From Myxococcota bacterium (GTDB lineage: Bacteria; Myxococcota_A; UBA9160; UBA6930): a stretch of 64,000 nucleotides of DNA. The notes below the pieces were generated by a model, which was not told the DNA's origin, searched no databases, and worked only from the letters and a program-made list of their open reading frames with translations. The stretch lies in the NCBI GenBank assembly GCA_965223415.1, contig OZ245002.1, positions 2,112,001 through 2,176,000 of the forward strand, in the 5' to 3' direction. Below, one piece after another: positions 9,708-19,931 of the stretch. Position 1 is the first letter of the stretch. Every line of letters starts with the position of its first letter. Both the position numbers and the translations under genes were made by a program.

Positions 9708-10474
9708 CGGTTCCGCTGGACGAGACCTGGTCCTTCGCGCTGGTGATGGTCCGCATCGTCGCGCTCTTCGTGACGGCGCCGCTCTTCAGCCACGCGCTGA
9801 TCCCGATGCGGGTGCGGGCCGGGCTCGCCTTCGCCGTGGCTCTGGCGGCCGGCACGCGCTTCGGCGAGGCGCCGGACCCGGCCCTGCTGAGCGGCGCCGA
9901 GGCGACGGCCCTCGTGGTGCGAGAGGCCCTCGTCGGCATCCTCCTGGGCTTCGCCTCGGGGCTCGTCTTCAGCGGGCTGGCGCTGATGGGGGAGTTCGCG
10001 TCGATCCAGGGCGGCCTGGGCGCGGCCACCGTCCTCGATCCGATGAGCGGCTCGTCCTCGGTGGTGCTCACCTCGATGATCCAGCTCTTCGGCGTGCTGA
10101 CCTTCCTGGCCATCGACGGCCACCACGAGGTGCTGCGGGGCCTCGCGCTCTCCTTCGCCGTCTTCCCGGTGGGCCAGATGACGATGGACGTGGCGGCCTT
10201 CGAGACCGTGGCGAAGCTCGGCAGCGTGATCTTCCGGGTGGCGGTCCATCTGGCCGCACCGATCACCGCTGCGATGGTGATCTCGAACGTCGCGGTGGGC
10301 ATCCTCGGGCGGGCGATTCCTCAGTTGAACCTGATGGCGTTGCAGCTTCCCGCCCACGTGGCGACCACCCTGCTCATCCTCGGCCTGGGCGCGGCCCCGC
10401 TCACCGACGTCATGGCCCGCACCCTGCGTGGCTTCACCGACGAAGCGATCGGCGCGGTCCTCGGAGTACGTTAG
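9704..10474 (+). CDS. fliR: Flagellar export protein FliR
   Basis: RIVALFVTAPLF, DGHH, GRAIPQLN; polytopic. Confidence 0.93.
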   Translation: MTVPLDETWSFALVMVRIVALFVTAPLFSHALIPMRVRAGLAFAVALAAGTRFGEAPDPALLSGAEATALVVREALVGILLGFASGLVFSGLALMGEFASIQGGLGAATVLDPMSGSSSVVLTSMIQLFGVLTFLAIDGHHEVLRGLALSFAVFPVGQMTMDVAAFETVAKLGSVIFRVAVHLAAPITAAMVISNVAVGILGRAIPQLNLMALQLPAHVATTLLILGLGAAPLTDVMARTLRGFTDEAIGAVLGVR

Positions 10475-11563
10475 GTGCCTGAAGAAGAAGCGGAGCGAAC
10501 CGAACCGGCGACGCCGAAGCGTCGTCAGGACGCGCGGAACAAGGGTGAAGTGGCCCAGAGCCGCGAGATCCAGCACGTCGTCATTCTCGGGGTGGCGCTC
10601 CTGGCCCTGGGCTCGTTCCTGGGTGGCGGCGTGGTGACCGCGCTGGCGGAGGTGGCCCGTTCCTCGTGGGGTGCGGTGGCGGCGCCGCCGGAGACCCTCG
10701 CCGACTACCGCTCCGTCCTGATCGGCTACGTGCGCTACCCCGCCCTGGCCGTCCTTCCCCTCTTCCTGCTGCTCGCGGCAACCGGCGCCTTGGCGCAGGT
10801 GCTGCAGACCGGGCCCCTGCTGAGCGCCCAGGCGCTGGCTTTCAAGCCGAACCGCATGAGCCCGCTCCAGGGCGTGAAGCGCTTCGTCAGTCCGGACCGC
10901 CTCTTCGATCTGGCCAAGGCGATCCTCAAGATCACCATCGTCGGCGCCGTCGGCTGGGCCGTGATCGGGGGCGAAATCGATCGCGTGATCGGCCTTGCCG
11001 ACGTGGACATCGGGCCCGGCCTCGCGACCCTCGGAATGCTGGTCCGCCGGCTGGCCATCGCCATCCTCGCGGTGCTGGCGGTGATGGCGGTCGGCGATCT
11101 CCTCTACCAGCGTTGGCGCTACGAGAAGCGGCTGCGCATGAGCAAGCGGGAGGTTCGGGAGGAGGCCAAGCAGCGCGAGGGCAACCCCCACGTCCGCAGC
11201 CGCTTCCGCCAGATGCAGCGCGAGCTCTCGCGCTCGCGGATGATCTCGGCGGTGGCCGACGCCGACGTCGTCGTCACCAACCCGACCCACTACGCCGTGG
11301 CCCTGCGCTACCAGCAGGACGAGATGCGCGCGCCGGAGGTCGTGGCGAAGGGCCGCGGCCACGTGGCCGCCCGCATCCGCGAAGCTGCCCGGGACGCCGA
11401 CGTCCCGGTCGTCGAGAACCCGCCGCTGGCGCGGATGCTCCACCAGACCACCGAGGTCGGACACGCCGTGCCGGAGAACCTGTTCCAGGCGGTGGCCGAG
11501 GTGCTGGCCTACGTCTACCGGCTCGATCCGCGTAGGGCGAGCGCCTGGGGGGCTGCCTCGTGA
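10475..11563 (+). CDS. flhB: Flagellar export protein FlhB
   Basis: RTEPATPKR, EGNP, NPTH autocleavage motif. Confidence 0.96.
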   Translation: MPEEEAERTEPATPKRRQDARNKGEVAQSREIQHVVILGVALLALGSFLGGGVVTALAEVARSSWGAVAAPPETLADYRSVLIGYVRYPALAVLPLFLLLAATGALAQVLQTGPLLSAQALAFKPNRMSPLQGVKRFVSPDRLFDLAKAILKITIVGAVGWAVIGGEIDRVIGLADVDIGPGLATLGMLVRRLAIAILAVLAVMAVGDLLYQRWRYEKRLRMSKREVREEAKQREGNPHVRSRFRQMQRELSRSRMISAVADADVVVTNPTHYAVALRYQQDEMRAPEVVAKGRGHVAARIREAARDADVPVVENPPLARMLHQTTEVGHAVPENLFQAVAEVLAYVYRLDPRRASAWGAAS

Positions 11564-13635
11564 GGGGCGCACGAAGCGAGCTGCTGCTGGCCGGAACCTT
11601 CTTCTGGATCCTGGCGCTCTTGATCGTGCCGCTGCCGCCGGCGCTGCTCGATCTCTTCCTGTCGCTCTCGATCACCATCTCGCTGATCATCCTGCTGATC
11701 GCGCTCTACGTGGAGAAGCCCCTCGACTTCTCCGTCTTCCCCTCTTTGCTGCTGATCGTGACGCTCTCGCGGCTGGGCCTGAACGTCGCGAGCACCCGGC
11801 TCATCCTGGTGCGCGGTCCGGAGGGCTCCGACGCCGCCGGCCGCGTGATCCAGGCCTTCGGAGACATCGCCGTCGGCGGCAACTACCTGGTCGGCATCAT
11901 CCTGTTCCTGATCTTCGTGATCATCAACTTCGTGGTCATCTCGAAGGGCTCGGGCCGAATCGCCGAGGTCGCCGCCCGCTTCACCCTGGACGCCATGCCC
12001 GGCAAGCAGATGGCGATCGACGCGGACCTGAACCAGGGCATCCTGGACGAACGCGAGGCCAAGGATCGGCGACGGGAGATCCAGCGCGAGTCGGATTTCT
12101 ACGGCGCGATGGACGGCGCCAGCAAGTTCGTGAAGGGCGACGCCATCGCCGGCCTGGTGATCATGGCGGTGAACATCCTGGGAGGCCTCGCCGTCGGCGT
12201 AGTGCAGGGCGGCATGGCCCTCGGCGACGCGGTGGAGACCTACACGCTGCTGACCGTGGGCGACGGCCTGGTCGGGCAGGTCCCCGCGCTGATCGTCTCC
12301 ACCGCCGCCGGCATGGTCGTCACCCGGGCGGCCGCCGGCGACACGCTCTCCGCCGAGCTCGGCACCCAGGTCGTGATGCAGCCCCGCGCGATGTACGGCG
12401 CCGCCGGCATGCTCGGTGTGCTGGCCTTGGTGCCGGGCTTCCCGTTCGCGCCCTTCGCCGGGCTCGCCGCCGGCGCGGCCTACATCGCTCGCCAGATGAA
12501 CCAGAAGCAGCAGCAGGAGGAGCCCATGGAGCCGCCGGCCGAGACCACCGAGCCCGCCGTGACCGAGGAAGAGGAAGTGCGCGGCGCGCTGGCCCTCGAC
12601 GACCTCGAGCTCGAGATCGGCTACGGGCTGATCCCCCTGGTGGACCCGGACCGCGGCGGCGACCTGCTGCCCCGGGTGCGCGCCATGCGCAAGCAGCTCG
12701 CGACGGAGCTGGGCTTCGTGATCCCGCTGATCCACATTCGCGACAACCTGCAGCTCGAGCCCGGCGAGTACGCGATCCTGGTGCGGGGCAACCAGGTGGC
12801 GCGCTCGAGGATTCCGCCCGGTCGTCTGCTCGCGATCCAGCCCGGCGAGGGCGCCCCGGAGATCCCGGGCATCGCGACCAAGGATCCGGCCTTCGGCCTG
12901 CCCGCGATCTGGATCCAGGATCGGGACAAGGAGCGCGCCACCACGGCCGGCTACGCGGTGGTCGACTCGGCCTCCGCCCTCGCGACGCACCTGGCCGAGA
13001 CGATCCGCCGCTTCGCGCCGGAGCTCCTGACCCGCGCCCAGGTGATGGAGCTGCTCGACGCTTTCTCGCGCCAGTCGCCGAAGGTGGTGGAGGACATCGT
13101 GCCGGCGCTGGTCAGCGTGTCGGTGCTGCACCGCACCCTGCGCCAGCTCCTGGAGGAGGGCGTGTCGATCCGCGACGTCGGCGCCATCCTCGAGACCCTC
13201 GCCGAGTATTCCGGCAAGATCGAGGATCCGGACCTGCAAACGGATCTCGTGCGGGAGCGCCTCGGCCGCACCATCACCCGACCGCTGCTCGAGCCCGACG
13301 GTACGCTCAAGGTGCTCACCCTCGAGCCCGGGCTGGAGGAGAGCCTCAAGAGCGGCGTCCAGCGTTCCCAGGGCGGCTCCTTCCTGGCGGTGGATCCGGG
13401 CACGCTGGACCGGCTGGTGAGGGGGGTCGAGGCGCGGCTCCAGGGTCTGCCCGCCGGAAGCGACCGCGGGCCGGTGCTGCTCTCGCCCCAGCAGCTCCGC
13501 TCGCCCCTGCGCCAGCTGCTCTCGCGCAGCGCGCCGCAGGTGGCGGTGGTGTCTCACAACGAGCTGCCGCCGGACGTTCGCATCGTCGCGGCGGGACAAG
13601 TGGAGCTGGCGGATGCCCAACCGGCCTTCTCTTGA
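11560..13635 (+). CDS. flhA: Flagellar export gate protein FlhA
   Basis: RIAEVAARFTLDAMPGKQMAIDADL, FYGAMDGASKFVKGD. Confidence 0.97.
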   Translation: MRGARSELLLAGTFFWILALLIVPLPPALLDLFLSLSITISLIILLIALYVEKPLDFSVFPSLLLIVTLSRLGLNVASTRLILVRGPEGSDAAGRVIQAFGDIAVGGNYLVGIILFLIFVIINFVVISKGSGRIAEVAARFTLDAMPGKQMAIDADLNQGILDEREAKDRRREIQRESDFYGAMDGASKFVKGDAIAGLVIMAVNILGGLAVGVVQGGMALGDAVETYTLLTVGDGLVGQVPALIVSTAAGMVVTRAAAGDTLSAELGTQVVMQPRAMYGAAGMLGVLALVPGFPFAPFAGLAAGAAYIARQMNQKQQQEEPMEPPAETTEPAVTEEEEVRGALALDDLELEIGYGLIPLVDPDRGGDLLPRVRAMRKQLATELGFVIPLIHIRDNLQLEPGEYAILVRGNQVARSRIPPGRLLAIQPGEGAPEIPGIATKDPAFGLPAIWIQDRDKERATTAGYAVVDSASALATHLAETIRRFAPELLTRAQVMELLDAFSRQSPKVVEDIVPALVSVSVLHRTLRQLLEEGVSIRDVGAILETLAEYSGKIEDPDLQTDLVRERLGRTITRPLLEPDGTLKVLTLEPGLEESLKSGVQRSQGGSFLAVDPGTLDRLVRGVEARLQGLPAGSDRGPVLLSPQQLRSPLRQLLSRSAPQVAVVSHNELPPDVRIVAAGQVELADAQPAFS

Positions 13636-13651
13636 GACGGGGGACTGACCC

Positions 13652-14800
13652 GTGCACATCAAACGCTTCGAAGCGCCGACCATGCCCGAGGCGATCGCCC
13701 AGATCCGAGAGGAGCTGGGTCCGGAGGCACTGATCCTGCAGACGCGGCAGGTCCGTCGAGAGGGGGTGTTCGGCATGCTGGCCCGTCCCGTCGTCGAGGT
13801 GACGGCGGCGGTGGATCGGGATCACGCGCGCAGCCGCGCTGCCGCCGCCGGGCCCGAGCAGCGCAGCTGGCGCGAGATCCAGATCGCGCGGACACTGATG
13901 GAGCCGATCGAATCCGAGGTGAAGTCGGTGCGGCGCTCGGTGGACGCGCTGACCGGCGGCGCCCAAGGCACGCTCACCATCGCCGCCGAGGTCGCCGAGC
14001 TGCGCCAGATGGTCGCCGACCTGAGGCGTCCCTCCCTCGTCGGCGGGCGGACCCTGCTCGCCGCGCTCCTTTCCTCCGGGCTCGAGCCGCGCCACGCCTT
14101 CGCGCTCGCCGCGGAAGCGGAGACCCTCCAAGGTGTCGAGGCCCACGAAGCCTGCGTCGCCAGCCTGGCCTCGCGTCTCGAGGCACGGCTGCGTCCCGAG
14201 CGCGACGACGACCCGGCGGTGACGATGGTGGTGGGGCCGACCGGGGTCGGCAAGACGACGAGCCTCGCCAAGGTGGCCGGCCTGCGATGCGGGGTGCGGC
14301 GCGGGCTCGCGGTGGTGACGACCGATGCCCATCGCTACGGCGCCGAGCTGCTGCTCCGCCGCTTCGCCCGGGACCTGGAGGTGCCCTTCGACGTGGCGGT
14401 GTCTCCCGAGTCCCTGGGCGAGCGCGCCCGGCACTTCGCGAGGCGACGGCTCTTCGTGGATACGGCGGGCCGCAGCCCGAGCGATTCGGGCGGTCTCCCG
14501 GAGCTTCGGGCCCTGCGCGAGGCGCTTCCCGAGGACGCCCAGGTGCAGCTCGTGGTCTCCGCGACGACGAAGCAGGAGGACCTGCGGGCCCAGGTGGCCC
14601 GTTTCCGACCCCTCGAGCCGGACGCGCTGATCGTGACCAAGACCGACGAGAGCACGGATCTCACCAACGTCGTGAACCTGCTGCTCGACGAGGAGTCGCC
14701 GCCGCTCACCTGGTTCGGCGTGGGACAGAAGGTCCCGAGCGACCTGCGGGTCCCGGATCCGCGGGAGCTCGCCCTGGGCGTCCTGGGGACAGCGGCGTGA
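13652..14800 (+). CDS. flhF: SRP-family GTPase FlhF
   Basis: IREELGPEALIL, GPTGVGKTT, DTAGRS, TKTDE, GQKVP. Confidence 0.92.
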   Translation: MHIKRFEAPTMPEAIAQIREELGPEALILQTRQVRREGVFGMLARPVVEVTAAVDRDHARSRAAAAGPEQRSWREIQIARTLMEPIESEVKSVRRSVDALTGGAQGTLTIAAEVAELRQMVADLRRPSLVGGRTLLAALLSSGLEPRHAFALAAEAETLQGVEAHEACVASLASRLEARLRPERDDDPAVTMVVGPTGVGKTTSLAKVAGLRCGVRRGLAVVTTDAHRYGAELLLRRFARDLEVPFDVAVSPESLGERARHFARRRLFVDTAGRSPSDSGGLPELRALREALPEDAQVQLVVSATTKQEDLRAQVARFRPLEPDALIVTKTDESTDLTNVVNLLLDEESPPLTWFGVGQKVPSDLRVPDPRELALGVLGTAA

Positions 14801-15588
14801 GGGGCGCGCGTCTCGTCTCGGTGGTGAGCGGCAAGGGAGGCGTCGGCAAGACGAATCTCGTCGCGAACCTGGCGGTCTCTGCCGCCGGCCAGGGAGCCCG
14901 CGTGCTCGTGGTGGACGGCGATCTCGGCCTCTCGAACGTGGACGTGCTGCTCGGTCTCACGCCGCCGCGCACGGTTGCTGACGTGCTGGAAGGCCGCTGC
15001 AGCTTCGAGGAGGCGCTGCTCGAGGGACCGCGGGGCATCCACCTGCTTCCCGCCGCGTCCGGAAGGATGGACCTACCCGCCTGTCGTCCTGACGATCTGG
15101 CGGCGCTGCTGCTTCCCCTCTTCGAGGCGGCGTCCCGCTACGACCTGGTGCTGGTCGACGGCGGCGCCGGCGTCGGACCGGCGGTGGTCAGCCTGGCTGC
15201 GGCCTGCGATCGGGCGCTGCTCGTCGTGACCCGCGATCCCACCTGTCTGGCGGACGCCTATGCGACGTTGAAGGTGCTGGCCCGGGAGGCGCCGAGCCTT
15301 CGGGTCGAGGTGCTCGTGAACCTGGCGCGAGGCGAGCTGGAGGCCCGTGCGACCCACGCCCGTCTCGACCGGGTGGCCGGGCGCTTCCTCGGCACCCACC
15401 CGCCCTTTCGGGGCTACCTGCCCGTCGACCCGCGCCTCGCGGAGGCGTCGCTCCTGCAGCGGGCGGTCGTGGAGGCCTTCCCTTCCGCCCCTGCCGCCGA
15501 GAAGATCCACGACCTCGCCCGGGACCTGCTCGCCCTGCCGGGTCCGGGCGAGGCTTTGCTTCAACCCTCTCCGAGAGTCACGCCATGA
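14797..15588 (+). CDS. flhG: MinD-like ATPase FlhG/FleN
   Basis: SGKGGVGKT, DGDLGLSNVD, ADAYATLK; follows flhF with GTGA overlap. Confidence 0.9.
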   Translation: MRGARLVSVVSGKGGVGKTNLVANLAVSAAGQGARVLVVDGDLGLSNVDVLLGLTPPRTVADVLEGRCSFEEALLEGPRGIHLLPAASGRMDLPACRPDDLAALLLPLFEAASRYDLVLVDGGAGVGPAVVSLAAACDRALLVVTRDPTCLADAYATLKVLAREAPSLRVEVLVNLARGELEARATHARLDRVAGRFLGTHPPFRGYLPVDPRLAEASLLQRAVVEAFPSAPAAEKIHDLARDLLALPGPGEALLQPSPRVTP

Positions 15589-16439
15589 ACGACCGCCTCA
15601 AGCCCTACCTCGCCGTCGTCGGCGATCTCCCCGGCATCCCCGCGATCGCCAGCCAGGTGATGAGCGCCGCCGCCGATCCGAACACCAGCGCCGACGATCT
15701 GCGTCAGGTCATCGAGCGGGATCCGGCGCTCGCCGCGCGCATCCTGAAGGTGGCGAACTCCTCGCTCTACTCTTTCTCGAAAGGGATCGAGACGCTGCGG
15801 CACGCCATTGCCCTGCTCGGCTTTCGCACGGTCGAGAACCTGGTGATGGCAGCCTCGCTCCGGGACGTCTTCCAGAACTTCGGGCTCTCGGAGAAGCTGC
15901 TGTGGGAGCACTCGACCCTGGCCGGGTCGGTGGCGGCGAAGCTCTCGAGCTATGGGCCGATCGACGTGGACCGCGAGTCCGCCTTCACGGCCGGCCTGCT
16001 CCACGATCTCGGCAAGATCGCGCTCTCGAACACCGCCCGCGAGAAGTACAACAAGATCATCATGCGGACCTACAACGAGGGCGTGTCCTTCCGCGACGCC
16101 GAGCTGGACGAGTTCGGCTTCGATCACGCGGAGCTGGGCGCTCTGGTGGGCGAGAAGTGGAAGCTCCCGGACCGGCTCGTCCACGCAATCCGCTTCCACC
16201 ACCACGATCCGCTGGAGTACCCGGACGGGCCGCCGGAGGACGGCCGCCTGATCGCGCTCACGGCGGTCGTCACACGCTGCTGCAGCCGGCTCGGCTACGG
16301 AAGGCGAGGCCCCATCGAGGCCATCGACGTGATGGAGCTGCCGGCCTGGAACCACCTCGACCTCGGCACGGCCGACATGGAGCCGATCCTCGAGCTCGTG
16401 CTCGAGGAGGCGAAGAGCGCGGAGGGTCTGTTCGGCTGA
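15585..16439 (+). CDS. HDOD domain protein
   Basis: DPALAARILKVANS, HAIALLG, LWEHS, GLLHDLGK, HAELG...W.LP, IRFHH. Confidence 0.92.
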   Translation: MNDRLKPYLAVVGDLPGIPAIASQVMSAAADPNTSADDLRQVIERDPALAARILKVANSSLYSFSKGIETLRHAIALLGFRTVENLVMAASLRDVFQNFGLSEKLLWEHSTLAGSVAAKLSSYGPIDVDRESAFTAGLLHDLGKIALSNTAREKYNKIIMRTYNEGVSFRDAELDEFGFDHAELGALVGEKWKLPDRLVHAIRFHHHDPLEYPDGPPEDGRLIALTAVVTRCCSRLGYGRRGPIEAIDVMELPAWNHLDLGTADMEPILELVLEEAKSAEGLFG

Positions 16440-16467
16440 GCGCCGCCGGAACCCACGGAGGTTCGCC

Positions 16468-16755
16468 ATGGAGAGCAACCCGATCCCCCCCCGTCTTCCC
16501 GAGCCCGCGGTCACCCAGGCGCGGGAAGCGGGCCAGCGCCAGGAGGGGCGCCGCCGCTTCGACGAGGAGCGGCGCAAGGCGTTCCGTCGAGCCAGGGGCG
16601 GCGACGCCGGGGGAACGGCCGAGCCGGAGCTCGAGCTTTCGCCGGAGGCCATCGCGTCTCGGGAACGGACACCGCCGCGAGAGCGCGCTCCGGAGGGCGA
16701 CACCGCAGAGGAATCCCTGGACGTGCGCGGCCGGCGCCTCGACATCCGCGTCTGA
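16468..16755 (+). CDS. Small hypothetical protein
   Basis: GGAGG SD; charged 95-aa ORF ending GRRLDIRV. Confidence 0.6.
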   Translation: MESNPIPPRLPEPAVTQAREAGQRQEGRRRFDEERRKAFRRARGGDAGGTAEPELELSPEAIASRERTPPRERAPEGDTAEESLDVRGRRLDIRV

Positions 16756-16773
16756 CCCGGGGCCGCGCCATCC

Positions 16774-16790
16774 CCGTGCAGGCTGAAACG
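16774..16790. promoter_or_regulatory. Putative enhancer site
   Basis: CCGTGCAGGCTGAAACG, about 125 bp upstream of the flgF sigma54 promoter. Confidence 0.5.
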
Positions 16791-16913
16791 CGCGTGAAAC
16801 GGATGCCGGCGCATGTTGCCACCGGCGAAGGGCCCGGGCGCCGGGAGCGCGTCCGAACGCGCGCGAGAGGGAGCTAGAACGCCCCCACCCGGCAGCTTCT
16901 TCCCACCGGGTCG

Positions 16914-16929
16914 TGGCACGCGTCTTGCT
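16914..16929 (+). promoter_or_regulatory. Sigma54 promoter of the flgF operon
   Basis: TGGCAC-GCGTC-TTGCT, perfect consensus. Confidence 0.85.
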
Positions 16930-16971
16930 CTCCCCTCGTTCGTCAGTTCCCACCCTTCGAGGAGGCCCGCG

Positions 16972-17712
16972 TTGGGTACCGAGCTCTACGTCTCGACTTC
17001 CGGCGCGGTCTCGCGCTTCCAGCAGCTCGAGATCGTCGCCAACAACCTCGCCAACGTGGACACGCTCGGCTACAAGGCCGATCGTCCACAGTTCCAGGCG
17101 GCGCTCCAGAGCCAGATCCGCGACGTGGACGGCGAGATCGCGGCGGGGAGTCCGGCTCGCGCCTTCGTGCAGACGGCCGGCGTCGTCACCGACCACGGCC
17201 TCGGCAACGTGGTGCGCACGGGCCGCCGGCTCGACGCGGCGATCGAAGGCCCCGGCTTCTACGTGATCGATACGGACGCCGGCGCCCGCTACACCCGCGC
17301 CGGATCGTTCATCGCAGATGCCAGCGGCGCCCTCACCACCCTCGACGGGCGCCCGGTGCTGGGCGACGGCGGGCCGATCCAGGTGGGCGATCGCGCCGCG
17401 GAGATCCGCGCCAGCGGCGAGGTGGTGGACGCCCAGGGGGAGGTACTGGGTCGCCTGCGCCTCGAGGCCTTCGAGGATCCGCGCATGCTGGAGAAGGAAG
17501 GCACGAACCTCTTCCGGGCGCCGCCCGAGGCCGTGGGCTTTCCGGTTGATGCGGTGCGCGTCCTGCCCGGCTCCGTGGAGCGCTCGAACGTCCGGGCCAT
17601 CGAGGAGCTCGCCACGATGATGATCCTGCAGAGGGAGTTCGACGCCAGCATGCAGGTGCTGCGTGCCGACGACAACGCCACCGACCAGCTCATCCGGGAG
17701 TTCTCGCAATGA
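16972..17712 (+). CDS. flgF: Flagellar rod protein FlgF
   Basis: TTG start after GGAGG; IVANNLANVDTLGYK, YTRAGSF, VERSNV. Confidence 0.9.
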   Translation: MGTELYVSTSGAVSRFQQLEIVANNLANVDTLGYKADRPQFQAALQSQIRDVDGEIAAGSPARAFVQTAGVVTDHGLGNVVRTGRRLDAAIEGPGFYVIDTDAGARYTRAGSFIADASGALTTLDGRPVLGDGGPIQVGDRAAEIRASGEVVDAQGEVLGRLRLEAFEDPRMLEKEGTNLFRAPPEAVGFPVDAVRVLPGSVERSNVRAIEELATMMILQREFDASMQVLRADDNATDQLIREFSQ

Positions 17713-18488
17713 GGGCCTTGTTCACGGCGGCGACCGGCATGGACGCCCAGCAGCTCCGCATCGACACGATCGCCAACAACCTGGCGAACGTCTCGACAAC
17801 CGGCTTCAAGAAGACCCGGGCCGAGTTCCAGGATCTCTTCTACGAGACCCTGGCTGCGCCCGGCGCTCAGACGGCCGACGGAACGACGCTTCCGACCGGA
17901 GCCCAGGTGGGCCACGGCGTGAAGCTCGGCGGCATGAACCGGGTCTTCACCCAGGGCACGCGCAGCAACACGGGCAGGGACTTCGACCTCGCCATCGACG
18001 GCGACGGCTTCTTCCAGATCGCGGACACCGGCGGTGAGATCCTCTACACCCGCGACGGTTCCTTCCACCTGGACCAGGACGGCAACCTGGTGAACGACCA
18101 GGGCAACCTGCTCGACCCGAACATCCAGGTGCCGATCGACGCGATCCAGGTGACCGTGCTCCAGGACGGCACCGTGTCGGCCCTGATCGCCGGCCAGACC
18201 GCGCCCCAGACCCTGGGGCAGCTGGAGATCGCGCGCTTCGCGAACCCGTCGGGCCTGCGCGCCTTGGGCGGCAACCTCTTCGTCCCCAGCGAGGCGTCCG
18301 GTGACGCGGAGACCGGCACACCGGGCGACACCGGCTACGGGACCCTTGCTCAGGGCTTCCTCGAGTCCTCGAACGTCAACATGGCCGAAGAGCTGGTGAA
18401 GATGATCCTGGCCCAACGGGCCTTCGAGGTGAACAGCCGGGTGATCCGGGCCGGGGACGAGATGCTCCAGGCGGCGGCGAACCTGTGA
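17709..18488 (+). CDS. flgG: Flagellar distal rod protein FlgG
   Basis: ANNLANVSTTGFKK.RAEFQDLFY, QGFLESSNV, QRAFEVNSR. Confidence 0.96.
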   Translation: MRALFTAATGMDAQQLRIDTIANNLANVSTTGFKKTRAEFQDLFYETLAAPGAQTADGTTLPTGAQVGHGVKLGGMNRVFTQGTRSNTGRDFDLAIDGDGFFQIADTGGEILYTRDGSFHLDQDGNLVNDQGNLLDPNIQVPIDAIQVTVLQDGTVSALIAGQTAPQTLGQLEIARFANPSGLRALGGNLFVPSEASGDAETGTPGDTGYGTLAQGFLESSNVNMAEELVKMILAQRAFEVNSRVIRAGDEMLQAAANL

Positions 18489-19189
18489 TGCGCCGTCTAC
18501 CGCTGGCTCTGGGCCTGGTGCTGGTCCTCCTGCAGGTGGCCCACGCGACGCCCTCGGCCTCGCCCTTCGGGCTGCGGGAGGCGATCGTCGCCTATCTGGA
18601 GGACCGCTCGCCGCTTCCGCCACGTAGCATCGAGGTGCCGCCGCTCGCGGACTTTGCCCTGGCCGGAATCGCCCCGAAGGACGTGCGCGTCGACGTGCGC
18701 GCCCATCCGAGGGCGCCCCGGATCGGGCGGGTGCCGGTGACGGTCACCCTGGCCGTCGGCGGGAAGATCCTGCGGCGCGGCGTGGTCAACGCCCGGGTGA
18801 ACGCGGACGTGCCGGTCGTGGTCGCTGCAGGCCCCGTGCAGCGGGGAGACACGATCGAGGCCGCCGACCTGAAGATCGAGGAGCGCGACGTCTCCGAGCT
18901 TCGCACCGGCTGGATCGACGATCCTGCGCAGCTGATCGGCCGCCGCGCCCGGCGCACGGTGGCGCCGGGGGCGCTCTGGCTGCGGGGCTGGGCCGAGATC
19001 CCGCCGCTGGTCAAGCGCGGAGAGCTGGTGCGACTGCGCCTGCGCCACGGTCCCCTGGCCATCGAGGGCAAGGGCGTCGTGCGCAAGGACGGCCATGCCG
19101 GCGAGTGGGTCCGGGTCGTGAACGCCGATTCCAAGCGCGAGCTGCTCGGCCGCGTCGAGCCCGACGGAGCCATCCATGTCGAGTTCTAG
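18488..19189 (+). CDS. flgA: P-ring assembly protein FlgA
   Basis: Signal peptide, SAF-like region, PPLVKRGELV, VRVVN.DS. Confidence 0.88.
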   Translation: MRRLPLALGLVLVLLQVAHATPSASPFGLREAIVAYLEDRSPLPPRSIEVPPLADFALAGIAPKDVRVDVRAHPRAPRIGRVPVTVTLAVGGKILRRGVVNARVNADVPVVVAAGPVQRGDTIEAADLKIEERDVSELRTGWIDDPAQLIGRRARRTVAPGALWLRGWAEIPPLVKRGELVRLRLRHGPLAIEGKGVVRKDGHAGEWVRVVNADSKRELLGRVEPDGAIHVEF

Positions 19190-19931
19190 GCACCGAGGCT
19201 GGCTGTTGGCAGCGCTCCTCCTGGCGCTCGCCCAGACCGGCTGCATCGAGAGCTCGCTTCGCGAAATCGCCACGCCGCGCCGCTACCCGGCGCCGCCCCA
19301 GACCCCGACGGCCCCGCCCACCGAGGGCGCGATCTGGAGCGGCGGCACCGCTGGTGGCTCCTTCCTCTACTTCGACCGCAAGGCGCGGGGCGTCGGCGAC
19401 CTGGTGACCGTGCTGGTGGCCGAAAGCCCGCGCGCCACCGGCAGCGCCAACACCCAGCTCGACCACACGACCACCTACGACGCCACGCTTACCTCGGACA
19501 TCGGCTTCACGACCCTGCTCCAGGAAGGAGCCGCGCAGCTCTTCAACCTGGTCGGTGTGGACGGAGGAGGGACGGCGGCACCCGGGGAGGCCGTGAACGT
19601 CATCAGCGGCACCGGCGGCAGCCAGTTCGACGGGGACGGCCAGACCGCACGGAGCGGACAGTTCACCGCCATCGTCACCTGTCGAGTGGTCGACGTCCTG
19701 CCCGGCGGGATCTTCCACGTCTTCGGGCAGCGCCAGATCGTCGTGAACCACGATCTCCAGTGGATCACGGTCGAAGGGCTGGTCCGCCGGGAAGACATCA
19801 GCATCGACAACACCGTGCGTTCCTCGGTACTGGCGGACGCCAAGCTCACCTACGACGGCATCGGCGTGATCGACGACAAGCAGCGGCCGCCGCTGGTCTC
19901 GAGGCTCATCAACTGGGTGTATCCTTTCTGA
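19176..19931 (+). CDS. flgH: L-ring lipoprotein FlgH
   Basis: Lipobox-like QTGC; DRKARGVGDLVTV; GLVRREDI..DNTV.S. Confidence 0.93.
   Translation: MSSSRHRGWLLAALLLALAQTGCIESSLREIATPRRYPAPPQTPTAPPTEGAIWSGGTAGGSFLYFDRKARGVGDLVTVLVAESPRATGSANTQLDHTTTYDATLTSDIGFTTLLQEGAAQLFNLVGVDGGGTAAPGEAVNVISGTGGSQFDGDGQTARSGQFTAIVTCRVVDVLPGGIFHVFGQRQIVVNHDLQWITVEGLVRREDISIDNTVRSSVLADAKLTYDGIGVIDDKQRPPLVSRLINWVYPF

Noticed and set aside
8384..13635. Export genes as a non-flagellar type III secretion system
   Set aside because: Rod, hook, ring, flagellin and stator genes are present; no secretin or needle genes
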